NCBI RefSeq assembly: GCF_036321535.1
Contig: NC_087437.1
Location: 120,158,001 to 120,222,000 of the forward strand
Origin: Camelus dromedarius
Lineage: Eukaryota
Length of the DNA stretch: 64,000 nt
Direction: 5' to 3'
In this document: one piece after another, positions 1-12,659 of the stretch
Numbering within the stretch: position 1 is the first letter of the stretch
Layout of the letters: every line of letters starts with the position of its first letter
Made by a program: the position numbers and the translations under genes
The notes under the pieces: model-generated
Seen by the model: only the letters and a program-made list of their open reading frames with translations
Told to the model about the DNA's origin: nothing
Databases searched by the model: none

Positions 1-316
1 CCCCTCTGGGGGCTGGAGGGGAGGGCCCTTCCCGCCTCTTCCAGCTTCTGGTGCCGCCAGCATCCCTGGCTTGCGGCCCCCTCCCTCCCATCTCTGCCGC
101 CCGGCCCCACGGCCTCCTCCCTGGGCCTGTGTCTCTGCTTTTCTTGGAAGGACACCAGCTGCTGGATTTAAGTTCTTCCCGGGGATCCAGAATGATATCA
201 TCTTGATCCTGACCTTCACTACATCTCCAAAGACCCTTTCCCAAATAAGATCAGGCCTGCATGCTGTGGGCTTAGCACTGAGACGTCTTTTTGGAGGCCA
301 CGATTCCACCACGACA
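1..316 (-). mobile_element. MLT1 (MaLR) LTR, MLT1C/D-like, truncated by the window edge
   Basis: Diagnostic MLT1 reverse-strand blocks: CCTCTTCCAGCTTCTGGTG, AAGGACACCAG, ACATCTCCAAAGACCCTTTCCCAAATAAG, TTTTTGGAGGCCACGATTC. Confidence 0.85.
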
Positions 317-713
317 AGCACCGCGCCGCTGACTGCCACAGCCCCTGCCTGCGGGGCAGCCCACGTGCGGCCCTGCACCTTTTCCTGGAAGGGAGCCTCT
401 GAGGGCAGCGGGACGGACACCAGCCCATTTTAAAGAAGAGGAAACTGAGGGCTGGAAACGTAGAGCCAGGGGGCAGGGGGCCTGCGGTGGGAGCCCCGGC
501 TTGGCCACTGGCCGGGTAACCGGAGCTGAAGTGCTGCCCACGAGTTGAAGGGCAGCTTCCTAAGGTCCCTTTATGAGAAGGTTCTGTGATGCCTGGATCT
601 CCTGATCTGTGAAAGCGAGTGTCTGTGGCGCTCTTGATGAAACCCGCACCAGGCCAGGCCGCTCCCGCGGCCGCCCTCGAGGTGGGATGCTTCCGCATTA
701 AGAGTTTGGTTTG

Positions 714-1149
714 GAGTCACAAAAACCAAAAAGAAACCAAGCTAACACAAAAGAAAATTATCAAACCAGTAAAATACCACGTGATATCACTTATACGTGG
801 AATCTTGAAAAAAAAAAAAAAGACGAACGGACTTATTTACAAAACAGAAACAGACTCCCAGACAGAAAACAAACTTACGGTGACCCGAGTGGGGACGGGG
901 GTGGGAAGGGATAAACTGGGAGTCTGGGATTTGCAGATACTGACTGATACATGTGAGACAGATAAACAGCAAGTTCGTCCTGTGCGGCCCAGGGAACCAT
1001 ATTCAATACCTCGTAGTGACCTGTGGTGAAAGAGAACGCGGAAACAAGTCTAATGCGTTCACGCCTGACTGAAGCACCGTGCTGTGCACCAGAAACTGAT
1101 GCAACCGTGCAAACTGACTGGACTTCAATAAAAATGAAAAAAAAAAAAA
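714..1149 (+). mobile_element. 5'-truncated L1 3' end (cetartiodactyl/camelid type) with poly(A) and 14-bp TSD
   Basis: ACTTATTTACAAAACAGAAACAGACTC...GGGATAAACTGGGAG...AATAAA plus an A tail; identical AAGAGTTTGGTTTG at 700-713 and 1150-1163; left copy preceded by TT (TT/AAGA endonuclease-like site). Confidence 0.93.
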
Positions 1150-1276
1150 AAGAGTTTGGTTTGTATGCATCCATGTGAGGTGGCCCCAGGAAGGCTGGTG
1201 CCCCCGCCCCCGCCCCAGCTACCCCAGAGCCCAGCCCGCCTTCTAACCCTTGGAGGCCTGTGCTTCTGGTTCAGGC

Positions 1277-1290
1277 GTTGCCATGGCAAC
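1277..1290. promoter_or_regulatory. Perfect palindromic RFX X-box
   Basis: GTTGCCATGGCAAC, an exact 14-bp RFX consensus palindrome in non-repeat sequence. Confidence 0.7.
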
Positions 1291-4200
1291 CCTGGGACGT
1301 CCGTCTACGGACGACCCGAGGTCCAGTGTCCATCAATGATTGACCTATTAACAGACTTGTGGGGTTGTGGGGCAGCCGCTGCCCCGGGCCAGGGCACTGC
1401 CACCCACGGAGCCCCAAACATTCCTGCTGGGAACCAGGAGACGCTGCAGGCGCCACTCAGGGTTCACAGGTTCAAGTCCCCACCCTGCCAGCAAGGTGGT
1501 CCTGGACCTGAGTCCTTGCTCAGGGATGCGGCCCCCAAGGCCATGTGCAAAGGAGGACTTGACAGGCCCTGGTCACCTGGTGGGGGGGGGGGCGGGTGAG
1601 GGAAACTGGGGCCTGGAGGGGGCTCTGGGTCCCCACGAACCCGGGGGCAGGGCACACCCGGACAGCTGCATGACATGCCTCCACCTTCAGCTTATTGGTC
1701 CAGAGAGGAGAGCCAGGCCGTGGGCGATGGGGGCTCGCCCCCCGCCCCCCATTTCTGGTGAGAATGGAGGAGGGCAGTGATGTGTGGTTTCTCTGTGTCC
1801 GTGTGTGCACGTGGGGCCTGGTGTTAAGGGGAGATGGGGAAGGGTCTACATAAGAAACTCGGTGCCCTCTGACACCGCTTCCTGTGTCCTGAGGACTTGG
1901 GTGTTTTAGGATAGGGTGTGTTTCTGGGGTGAATCTGCCAGGCGGTGAGTGTGCATCTCAGGAAACAAGCCGAGACCTGCCGTGGGAGGCGGGGAACATT
2001 CCCTCTGGTCCACGGTGCACTCATGGATCACAGGGAAGGGCCGTGCTCTCCTTCGGCCCGGGCATCACCAGCCGGCCCAGGAGCCCGCACCCTGGATGGT
2101 GGCCACCGTGGGTGTGCTGGCTGGGAGGTTAGGGAGGCTCCAGAGGGCAGCAGTGATGGCTCTGACAGCTGAGGTGAACAGGATGGGAAGTGGGGTGCCT
2201 ACAGACCCCCTTTGGCAAGGGCTGGGGGCTCTTCCCATTGTTCCCCGGCCCTGCCACAGCTCTCCCTCTGCTCCTGGGCCCCTGGGCTCACCACCTTGGC
2301 ACGTCCCTCCCCTGCTGCACCTGGACCCCGCCCCTGAGCCTGGGGTTTGATGGGTGGGGAGTCAGGGTGGGGTGGGTGGGAGCCGTGAGTCCACGTGTGG
2401 CTGGGTGACTTCCCTCCTGCACGCTGAATGGGGGTGGGGCGGGGGACACTGGGCCACAGCCCCCTCCCTGACTTTCTCATAAGTGCCCCCACTGGGCACC
2501 GAGGGTCCTTTCCTCAGGTCACTGGGGCCCTCACCTGACTCCCTGAGCTCCAGGCCCGGCCCCTCCCTCTGCCCACACCCGGCAGCTTCCACACCTCTCT
2601 CTCCTCTGGCTCATTAATGGGATTTAGGACAAACTGATAGACTCGGGCCCCTGAAGGTGTTAACTCCCTGAGTGGAACGATTTCCGTTTTGGAAAACCAG
2701 GAGATGCAATCCTCACCCAGAGCCACGCCCTCCTCCCCCCCGGGGGTCCTGTGGGGGGTCCTGTGGGGAGCCCGTGGGAAGAGCTGGGTGCCGAGGTAGG
2801 TGAGAGGGAAGCCTGGGCCCAGGTGCCTCCGGGAGCTGCTCACCTGTCCTGGGCTGCACCCTCCACCTGCAGGGCGGGAGTGACCTGTGGGGACTGAGCC
2901 GTGGGTGTGAATGGACCCAGGCTGCCACGGAGCCAGCCGTGTCCACACGGCCCCGCCGCCGCTTCCTTTTTCCTGTCTTGTGTCACACCGCTTGGGCCTG
3001 ACTCAGGCCAGAGGCCAACCCGGGGGGGGCTCTGCCTTCTGAGAGGCTCACAGGGGCAGTGAGGCTGGGGGTGGGCCTCACGGGCAAGCCTTGATGGGCA
3101 GGGGGGTGGGTTCTGCCCCCTCCCCGTCCGGGGGCCGCCCCTGCGGAAGCTGTGCAGAGCCTGCTCCGGGGGTTGCGCTGCGTCCGCTGGCCCGGCGCCC
3201 TCTCCTGCCTCCGCTCCCTCCTTGCTCTCGCTGCCCTGGGCTCACACTCCTGAGTGTGGGCTGCTTATCCTCGATCCAGGCTCTGCTTCCTGGAGCAGCC
3301 CTTCCCCACTGCACCCGGGCACCTTCCAGGAATTAGGTTCCCACCAGCAGGTGGGAGATGCCAGCTGCCTTTGTGCCCGGCTCCTGGCCACGCGGCAGTG
3401 GAGTCTCTGATTAGGCCTGTGATGTTAGGGCTGCAGGCGGCCCCCTCCTCGTCCCCAGCCTCCAGCTGCCCGGTGCCTGTTTTCTCAGACACACAGTGGG
3501 GAAGAGGATGAGGGGCGTCTATGGGGACAGCCTGGGGTGGGGCTCACGTGCACCCTGATGTGGGGCCCGGAATGGCTCCCCTCCAAGCCCATCGGTGACC
3601 CTCCAGTGGGAGGTGGGGGTGGGGCAGGGCCGGGAGGATTCTGGGGATACGGGAGTCCCAGGCTGACCGTGCTCCTGGCACCATCCCAGCAAGGCCAGCT
3701 CTTCAAATGCATCCACCCCCACCCTGTCCTCCAGGTCCTAGCCGGGGTGGGGGGTGGGGGCAGGTCCTCTTGCCGGCCCCACTTTAGGCACCAGTTGAGG
3801 TTTGGAGAGGACAAGGAACTTTCTAGGTCACGTCTGGCTGCTGAGAAGCAAGGGGGGATTTAGATCCCAGGTCTGAGCCCCCAGTCTGCTCTTGGCCACC
3901 CCTCCTGGTTCCCGGGGGCCTTCAGGGCCCTTGCTGCCCCAGGGACCCCACTCCTTCTGAGGCCCGGCCTTTTCTCCTCTGAACAGCTGGGTGACCGCAG
4001 CCTCAGGCGGGGAGAGGAGTCCCCGGGGCCCTCCCAGTGGCAGTGGCTGGTGGGGGCCTGGCTTCAGGGAGGGAATTGGCCCAAGCCCCCCAAAGCTGCC
4101 AGCTGGGAAATCCCTGACTAAGAAAGGGCCGGGGGCTTCACCCAGAAACTCCTCTGCCTGCTCCCCCATCCCTGAGGGAATCCCCAGAGGGGAGCCGCCA

Positions 4201-5029
4201 GAAAGAGTGGTTTCTTGTGGCCCTCCTGACCTGGGAGGACAGTGGCCACACCACAGCACCCACATTTCCTGCCTGGACGCCCACTCACTGCAACGTCCTC
4301 TTCCTCCCTCAGCCCCTCCTGCGAGGGGCACCACGGCTGAGCTCCGTGCCCGGTGGGTGGGGATGCTGGTGAGGGGACGCAGGGCCCCTTGACCAGCAGC
4401 CGACACGGGGCCTCTCGCCTGGGGCCTCTGGGGACTGTGGGTGGCTAGACGCTGGGTCAGTCTGAGCCACGGGCCCTCGTGCGGGGCGAGGTGGGGCCGG
4501 GTCTCCCGCAGTGAGGATGTGGGGGCGGGGCTGGGTGCCTGCCTCTGGGGCCAGCAGGTCTGGGTGGAGTCACAGGCTGGGGCTTTGGGCTTCTTGCCTC
4601 AGTTTCTGAATCTGTCAAGTGGACGCTGACACTGACCTCATGGGGCCTCTGTCGCCCTGGCCCTCCCAGTGCCCAGTTTCCACCCAGTGGCCGGAGCGAC
4701 CCCTGCCAGACAAGAAGTGTCCCCAGCCCGCTGGAAATGCTCTGAGGAACCATGGGTGCCTCCGTGGCGCCAGGAAGTGACACTTGCTCTCCAGATGGGC
4801 CAGCATCCCCTCACTGTCAAAACGCACATCCACGCAGGCGCTGAGGTCCCAGGACAGGGCTGAGTCCTGGAAGAGTCCCTGGACAGAGGCAAACCCTGGG
4901 ACAGTGTTGTTTAAGGAGCCGTCCAGTCCTGCTAGACGTGAGTGGGCCCAACGCCCTCTGAGGAGGAAGAAAGTCTGCTCTAGGGCCTACGAGGTCTTAC
5001 TTCCTTCCCGACCAGTCGCACTCTGCCCC

Positions 5030-5380
5030 AGGCACCCTGCCTCTTGCAGGCTTCTGCCCCAGGACCTTTGCACGCTCAGTCCCTCTGGCTGGAGGGCCCT
5101 TGTGAACGGCTCCCTCCCCTTGGGCCCCGTGCTCTCTTGCTGGAGGGCCTTCCCTGAGCGTCCAGCTAGGCAGCACCCTCCCAGCGGCCTTGACCACACC
5201 TGGCGCTCTGACAGCTCATCCCCCCAACCTGACCGGACATGAGCCCCGTGAGCACAGTGGTGGGGTCTGTCCCATTCACTGCTGCTCCTCCGGGGCCTTG
5301 GGCAGAGCCTGGCTCCACACAGGTGCTCCGTAAATTCTGTGGAAGGAATGAATGAGCAAACGAATGAATGAATGAATGTG
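5030..5380 (+). mobile_element. L2 3' end with (GAAT)n tail
   Basis: CAGGACCTTTGCAC, AGAGCCTGGCTCCACACAGGTGCTCCGTAAAT, then GAATGAATGAATG tail. Confidence 0.8.
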
Positions 5381-5499
5381 GGGATGATCAGAGGTGCTGT
5401 GATGACAGAGCTCAAAGCTGAGAAAGTCCTGGAAATTACCGCGAGAAGAGACGCTCCACAAGCTCCCCTCACCATCGCGGCATAAACCCCTCCGCTAAC

Positions 5500-5675
5500 T
5501 TAGCGGTTCTCAGCCTGGCTCGTCCTCAGTTCCTGAGGAGGTTTTGAAACGACTGATCCAGGGCCACCCCCCCCCCCCCGCCTCCCCGTTTGGACACAGT
5601 CTGGGTGGGCCTCTACAGGTGTGTTGTAAAAACCTCCAGGTGATTCCACGTGCAAGTGGGGTCCAGGACTCAGCT
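5500..5675. mobile_element. MER5A-like hAT-Charlie DNA transposon relic
   Basis: AGCGGTTCTCAGCC start, GTCTGGGTGGGCC, AAAACCTCCAGGTGATTC. Confidence 0.65.
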
Positions 5676-6279
5676 TTGGCTTTATTTCAGTGCTCTACCA
5701 GTTAGAGGGGCGTTGTGGCTAATGAGCGGGTCTGGCAGGTCCCATCAGCCATTCACTCCTGAGTATGAATTAGCGGAGGAGCCTGTTTATTTTCTGTCGC
5801 TGTGCTGGGTTAGGCAGGTCTGAGGAAGTGGAACGTTTTCTGGCTGGGAGAGAGAAAAGAGGAAGCGGTGTCGGGACGAAGCCCCTGGGAGCAAGTTCGG
5901 ATCAGGGAGGGGCGGCTTGAGGACTTGGAGGCAGGGAGGAAAGGAGCCAGCTTTCAGGACCTGGAAGGGAGGCTGGTCCTGCTTTCCAGGTGTTTCTCAG
6001 GACCAGACTTAGGAAGGTAACCCCCACCCCCACCCCCACCCCAAGGGCAGAGAGAGGAACCTGGGGTGCTCCGGGCCAGGGCTGATGACCTCGTGGTGAC
6101 AGTCAGTTGATGGCCGGGCCTTGCAGACTTCTCGTGATCGTCCCTGCCGTCTCTCTCTGACCCCCCGCACCCACGTGGATGTGCCCTGGCAGCTCTCAGT
6201 CTACAACGCCCTCCCCACTGGTGGTTTGACCTTGCCAATGTCCTGCAGCTGTGGTTCTCAAAGCCGATCCCTGCACCAG

Positions 6280-6380
6280 CAGTGGTTTCTGAACCTGGGC
6301 AGCCCTGAAGCTGCTGGGCGGGCTGGGTTCTAACAAGCCCTCCAGGTGACCCTGTGCCCACTGGTCGCAGAGCTCTGCCT
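6280..6380. mobile_element. MER5A-like relic, internally deleted
   Basis: CAGTGGTTTCTGAAC ... TTCTAACAAGCCCTCCAGGTGA. Confidence 0.6.
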
Positions 6381-8969
6381 GAGAAATGGATGTGACCCCG
6401 TCACAGAAGGAGGGGATGAGGGCTGAAAGAAGACTTGTCCCTGCAGCCCGGGGTCTCTGAGCGCACGAGGTGTCTCTCACACCCAGGGCCTCCTCACCGC
6501 TCCGCGCCTGCCGTCCAGGTGAAGCCTCCTGCAGGCGGCCCCTGGGAGCGGATGAACCACATCCCCTTCTCAGAGCCCGGGGGTCTGCGGGCCACATCGC
6601 TGATCAGCGGGTGACCTCGAGCAAGTCACGAGGTCACTGTCATCGGTCATCCCAAGCCTGAGCAGGGGCCAACAGACCCTGTGCCTGCACCGTGAAAGGG
6701 GAAGGCCGACAACCTTAGACTGAGTCTAAAAGTAGCAAATCAAAAGCAGTGAGCTGAATGCATTTCACCATTTTAAAATTCAGTAAAACGTTCTTTAATT
6801 AGAGCGTTCGGTCTTCATGTTAACGCCCTTGGCAGTCGGTGCACGGCTTCCTGTGTGCAGGGCCTTCTCTTGCACTGCTGGGGTGGGTCAGCCTGGGTGC
6901 AGGGGCTGGGTCCTGAGCCCTGCGCCCTGGGGAGAAAGCAGTGTGACTGGGGTTTGTGGGGGTGAGCACCTGGACTGGGTATCAGAAAGTCTGGCTGCCC
7001 AGCAGAGCCACTGAATGAATTCCAGGGTGGCGGGCATGAGTATTCAGCTGTGGGCAGAGCGGGGGCCTGGCCTATTCCACATGCCCAATGTGGTGTCTGG
7101 CTTTGGGGCCAGAGGCCAGGGGTGCTGGATCGCCGAGGTTCTACAATTCCTTCCCGTGGCTGGTCTTGCAGGTTCCAGGGGGCCCCGGCCAGCGCGGAGG
7201 GAGGCAGGGCTGGGTTCTGCGAAGGGGCAGATTCTGGTAGGCAGGGTGTGCAGGTCTGAAAGCCCGGACATCAGGGCACCTGGATGCCTGGGCTATGTGC
7301 CTTCATCAGTAGGTCCCGTCCAGGACAGGTGAGAGTTTAGGACGGGAGCAGGCCCTGAGCTCGCAGCGGGGAACCAGGTGCTGGGGTCAGGACGCCTGGA
7401 GCTTTGATGCTAGAACTAAATGTTCCCAGCATCTCTGAGAAGCTAAACTGATCAGTCCATCTTACAGCCCAGGAGACCGAGGCTCCACGGCAGCCAGGCA
7501 GTGCTGGGTCCAGGGAAGGCCTGGAGGGGCACGGACAGCTTCTCTGGGCTGCCCCAGAGTCGAGGTGTGGTTGTGGTTGGGGGTGGGGTGGGCAGTGCAC
7601 ATTCTTGGACAGGACATCAGCTGGTCTGGGGGGTGGGCACCAGGCTCCCGAGCCCCCACCCGGCAGTGAGGACAGGTGGCAGAGTGGGAGGTGGTCACCT
7701 GTTCAACCCCTTCCAGGTCCGCCTGGGTCCCCCCTCCTGGGAGAGGTTGCAACCCTGCCTAGAGAAGGGGCCCTCCCCACCGCACCCACAGTCACCCAGG
7801 CACAGGCCTTTGACTGTGGCTGTAAGAGGGACCTGATAACCCTGGTTCCAGGATGGTAACCCTGAAACCAGCCCAGCCTGGGCCACCCTGGCCTCTCTGA
7901 ACCTCAATCTCTTCTACTGACCAATGGGAATCTCAATACGGTCATGGAGTTTGGCGACCAGACAGAACTCTGCAGGTCAGTGGTGATGGATTAGGATGGG
8001 CAGATTCCTAGGGCCAAGGAAAGAGGGGCACAGACACATGGTAGGAAGTCCTGGGTACCAGGTGTGGTTCTTCTAGGCTTACCTGTGTCCTCACCTGCCA
8101 CGGGGGTGGAGCCTCCATGGCCGTTCCTGTGCTTTCTCCCGTCCTAGGACACAACCTTCTGTCTTGGCAAGTGTAGACGCATTGTAGACGCATATAGCCC
8201 ACGCCCGAGGAGGCAGTGCTGGGGGCTGACCCCATTCCTGCCTGTCCTGCAAACTCAGCCCCTGTTCATGCCCAGCCCCGGTGAGGTCTGTCGCCCTGTA
8301 GACACGCACGCACGTGCCCACGTACATACACGCACGTGGAAACCCGAGGGAGGCGAGCTCTCTGCAGAAAGGGCGAGGTCATCGCACGTGGCCATTTGAG
8401 CCCTGGGCTGCTGAGACCCACGCCGATCGCCGCTCAGCCCAGTTGTCGCAGACCAGCCTTGGGTTTAACCATACGGGGGCTGAAAGAGACTCAGGCCGCC
8501 CACGCTGCAACATTGGTAGGAGGAGGCGGTGCCACGGTTTCACATCCACTGAGGAACAGTCGTGGGGCCTGGGATGCTGAGCGTGTGTGCTACGTGTGCA
8601 CGTGTGTGTCTGCGCTCTGGATGGCACCTCCATGCACATGCACAGGCATGTTTATCTGCAGGTGTGCATACCTACGAATGTGTAGACATGTGTGTGTATA
8701 TCCCCTGGGTTGAAGTGCTCTAATTCCATGACAATGACCCCTGCTTCCTTCAGAACTCTGTGCTGAGAGTGGTTGCAGCCTGATTTTCACAGGGCGCCCC
8801 TGTCCAGGGGGCCCCCCCCTTTGAAGCAGAGCTCGTGTTTCTGGGTGGGCTATGAGACTGTGTGCAGAAGGCCATGTGCGCTCAGCACACACAGGGCTTG
8901 GTCAGCTGAGGGAATATGTGCACTTGTCACTTAACAGTGAATACTGCGTCCTGCCCAAGGCAGACTAGT

Positions 8970-9100
8970 GGGTTCATCCACTCATCGACCCATTCATTGA
9001 CTCACTAGTGACTTATTGGGCATTTACTGCATTCTGGGCTGGCCTGGTTTGGCGAGGCAGGTCCTTGTCCTTGGAAGATGCTCTACTGGAGAAGGAGGTA
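8970..9100 (-). mobile_element. L2 3' tail fragment
   Basis: TTCATCCACTCATC..CATTCATTGACTCA..TTATTGGGCATTTACTG. Confidence 0.55.
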
Positions 9101-10148
9101 GGGGAGGAAGGAGGCAGACAGGGTATACATGGAAAGATGCAGCTATTGAGGAAACCGATACCTTAACCAGACCCAGGAGGAGGGAGACAGGTGGCCTCCA
9201 GCATTTGTTCCTGCAGCAGTCAGGAGAGACTGCTTGTGCTGCATAACAAGCATGCCTGAATCTCAGTGGCCTAGCACAGCCTTGCCTCTGACACTGGGAC
9301 CAAGGGCTTAGTTATGGTTGTTGCTGTATGACCTCACAGTGTGGCATTATATCCTCTCTTCATTTTCAGTGCCTCTTCCTGAGAAAGGGACTCTGCTCCC
9401 CAATGTGAGATGGGCTGCGAGTGAAGAAGAGAAAAGTGGGGCTCGTGGTTTCCTGCCCCAGTCTGGTGCCATGTGGGGCACCCAGATGTATCATCTCATT
9501 CATTCACTGTAGCCCTAGGGCATGGGGCTCACTGTGACTGTTTTGGGCAGGGGAGGGGAGGAGGAGGTAGAGGGACATTCCTTGGGGAATTCTCTATGTG
9601 AAGAGTCACAGGACTCTTGTGACTTTTATTGAGGGAAACTGACCCAGCCTCAAGCATGGGCCAACCCCAGGGTTTCCCAGAGATGGCAGTGGGTGTGTAG
9701 CTGCCTCTAGACCCTTTCTCTGTCCTCAGGGAGCAAAAGAGGAGGTGTGCAGCCTGTGTTGTTGCAGTAATTCAGGTGGGGTAGGGTGAGATGGTTCTGG
9801 AGTCCTGCAGAGTCCTACCCTTTTCATCAAGGAACAATACCAATGGTCCTGGTCTCCCTGACAGCTATTCAATCCAGAATATTTATTGTAGTCCAAGCAC
9901 ATAATAAGGGTCCAGTATATAGCAGTTCTGATTGTTCCTAGATTAGAGCCCAGGGCTTGAGAACTGTCACTCTTTAAGGATGTGTGGCCACACTCATCTC
10001 AAATACACTCATAAATATCCCAGCCTTTCTGTTGGCAAGTGTGACTCCGAGGTCCACAGGGCAGTGTGGCATCTCTGGTACTGGCCATTTCCCTCTGCTG
10101 TCCTAGATCATTTTTGACTGACCCAGACAGTTTCCCAGGAAAGCCACT

Positions 10149-10625
10149 TGTAACAGTTAGCTATTGCTTTGTAACAAATGAAACAAAGCCAAAGCAAAAC
10201 CGTTTATTTAGCACATGACTTGCAGGTCAGGAGTTTCTGCTGGACTCAGTTGGCGGCTCTGCTGGTCTTGGCTGGGCTCTCTCATGAGGTGTCTGGGAAG
10301 GTCACTTCAGGTCAGCCAGCACCTATGCTTTTAGACGCTGGCTGGCTGTCCAGGGGATGCTCATCTCTGCTCCTCTGGCAGCCAGCCAGCTCATGTTTTT
10401 ATGATCCAGGTAAGGTCCAAGAGAGGACAAAGTCCTCAGGGTCTCTTGAGGTCCAGTCTTGGAGCTGGCTGCCATCACTTTGACTGCCTTCTACTGGCCA
10501 AAGCAAGTTGCAAGCCCCACCCTAGATTCAAGGGGAAGGGAGCTAGCTTGCACCTTCTGCCATCACACCGCAGAGAGTCACACTCCAGGGAGGCCTGGGA
10601 TGCCAGGGCTACAGTCAACCCACCA
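10149..10625 (-). mobile_element. MLT1 (F/H-like) LTR
   Basis: TGTAACAGTTAGCTATTGCT..GTAACAAA, TGGCCAAAGCAAGT..CAAG, AGATTCAAGGGGAAGGG. Confidence 0.8.
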
Positions 10626-10633
10626 GGGGGCTC
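10620..10633 (+). promoter_or_regulatory. CTCF-like motif
   Basis: CCACCAGGGGGCTC, one mismatch to the core CCACCAGGGGGCGC; lies at the MLT1 edge. Confidence 0.45.
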
Positions 10634-12109
10634 TTTAACCCTCCGTGTAGAGGGATGGGCTCTCATCTTCTCCCTTCTTTGGTTTTGCAGCTGAGCTGGT
10701 AGCCCAGCCATGCAAGACACTTCCTCCTGCCTCAGGGACACTGTGACTCAATGTTAAGTCTTCCGTTGGGACTTTCCAGGCACTCCCTCCCCCTCTGCCC
10801 CAGTCCTTGCTCTAAAAACGGAGAGTCCTGTATTTGGGAGGTGCAGGGTGGGTTTTCCCTGTCAAGTCACTGTGTGTGCTGACAGCCGCTGGGTGGAGGG
10901 TTCTGGCTGCCTGCCGGGCTGGGGCAGGGCTTGGCTGAAGTCTGCGCTGGTCAGAGCACGTCTCCTCTCTGCTCTGTTTGTCACCATTCGCTGAGGGCCT
11001 GCAGGCGGTCTCCAATGTGATCTGTCTGTGCTCATGACACGTGTGGACGGCAAGACATAGGGATGGGAGGGCATGGCTGAACACGTGGGCAGAAATGGGG
11101 AGCTCTGCTTCAGACCGAATCTTCCTGGATCTTCCAGCGGAATCTTCCTAAGCTCGACCCGCTCCCTGCGTGGGGCCTTTGGTACCTCTGGGGACACTTG
11201 AGGCAGGCCCCTGGGGGCAGCTTTCCTGGGGGATTCTTGGGCCAAGGCCTTCTCTTCTGGGCCCTGCTCTGGCTCAGGGCTGAATGAGCACATGGGGAGG
11301 AAAGGGCCCCAGCCCTCCCTGGGCCCTGCCCTTGGGAGCACACGGCTGATTAGAGAGCATCTGACACCCACCCCCCAAAACTGGCTGAGACACCCTGGCT
11401 CCCCCACCCCACCACTGCGTGAGACCACTGGCAGGGTGACAACGGGCATCTCTGGGTGCCCAGCTGTGGGGGCCTGGGGGGGGGCTTGAAGTGGTTGCTG
11501 GGGTGAGGGCAGTTCCCACAGTTTCTGAAACTTGCTGGCTTCTTTGCTTTTGAAATGGGTTGCAGTGGGCAGGCCCTCAGAATTGGGGGTTGGGACACTG
11601 GGTTCTGCAGGCTGCCCCCTCACCCTTCCCACAGACATCGCCCATCCCTAGCTCCTGTGGGGCACAGGACGATGTCGCCATGGAGCCGTCCCCTCCGAGT
11701 CTAAGCAGCCGGCCCCTCTGTGACTGACAGGACACACAGTGGGCGTGGGGATGGGTGTTGTCCTCCAGGCATCCGGGACCCCTGCTGGGAGAGGCTGAGC
11801 GGGCGGTGCGGGTCGGGGGGCACCTGCGCTTTGACCCCCCACAACTTGAAGGTGGGGGTTCCTGGGTCAGAACCCCCCAAAATCTTTCCTGCTCTGTTCA
11901 GATTAAAAGAACAGACAAGAAAAGTAAAAGGAAACAGGGAGCCGGGGGGATCAGCTGTGAGGGAGGAGGTGAGGGCGGCCCACTCCGGGGCGGCTCTGGG
12001 CTCAGCTGCTTCTATGGCTGCTGGACAGGCCCCGAGAGGGCGCAGCTCCTGAGCTGCAGCCCCCCAAAGCCGGGTGTGCTGCTTAAGGGCACAGACTTGC
12101 TCCTAGCGG

Positions 12110-12365
12110 ATCAATAAGACCTGGGGGTCTAACCCACAGCACAGTGATTATAGTCATCGGTGCCGTGTTATAAACTTCAAAGTTGCTAAGAGACTAGATC
12201 TTAATTATTCTCACCTCAAAAAAAAAAAAAAAGATAGAGGTATTAACTAATGCAATGGTGGTAATCATGCTGCAATATGTAAATGTATCAAATCAACACC
12301 TTGTACACCTGAAACTTGTACAACATTATATGATGATTATACAGTAATATTTAAAGAAAGAAAGC
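12110..12365 (+). mobile_element. L1 3' UTR end (L1MA-like)
   Basis: AAAGTTGCTAAGAGACTAGATCTTAA..TTCTCAC, AAATGTATCAAATCAACACCTTGTACACCT. Confidence 0.85.
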
Positions 12366-12659
12366 AGAATGTACCTTGGAATCGGGAAGGGGTGGGCAGG
12401 TGGGACGGGGGTCTCTGGATAAAAGGGGTGGGGCTGGGACAAGGGTCTTTGGATCAAATGTTTCCATAGGGGTTGGCAGATGAAGAACCAGGGGGAACCG
12501 AAGGATAGGGTTTCCTTGCAGAGAGTCTGGAAGGCCCAGGGCCATAGGAGGCACTGAGAGTGGGGCCACCTTGCACCCATCTGTATTTCCCCAGGAGCGT
12601 GCTGCAGGTCTACTCTTCTTTGGGTCCTAAGGGAACTATCCTGGCTTCTTTCCACTCAA

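Noticed and set aside
9601..9627. Small hairpin AGTCACA..TGTGACT as a miRNA or terminator
   Set aside because: The stem is too short for a pre-miRNA and is expected by chance.
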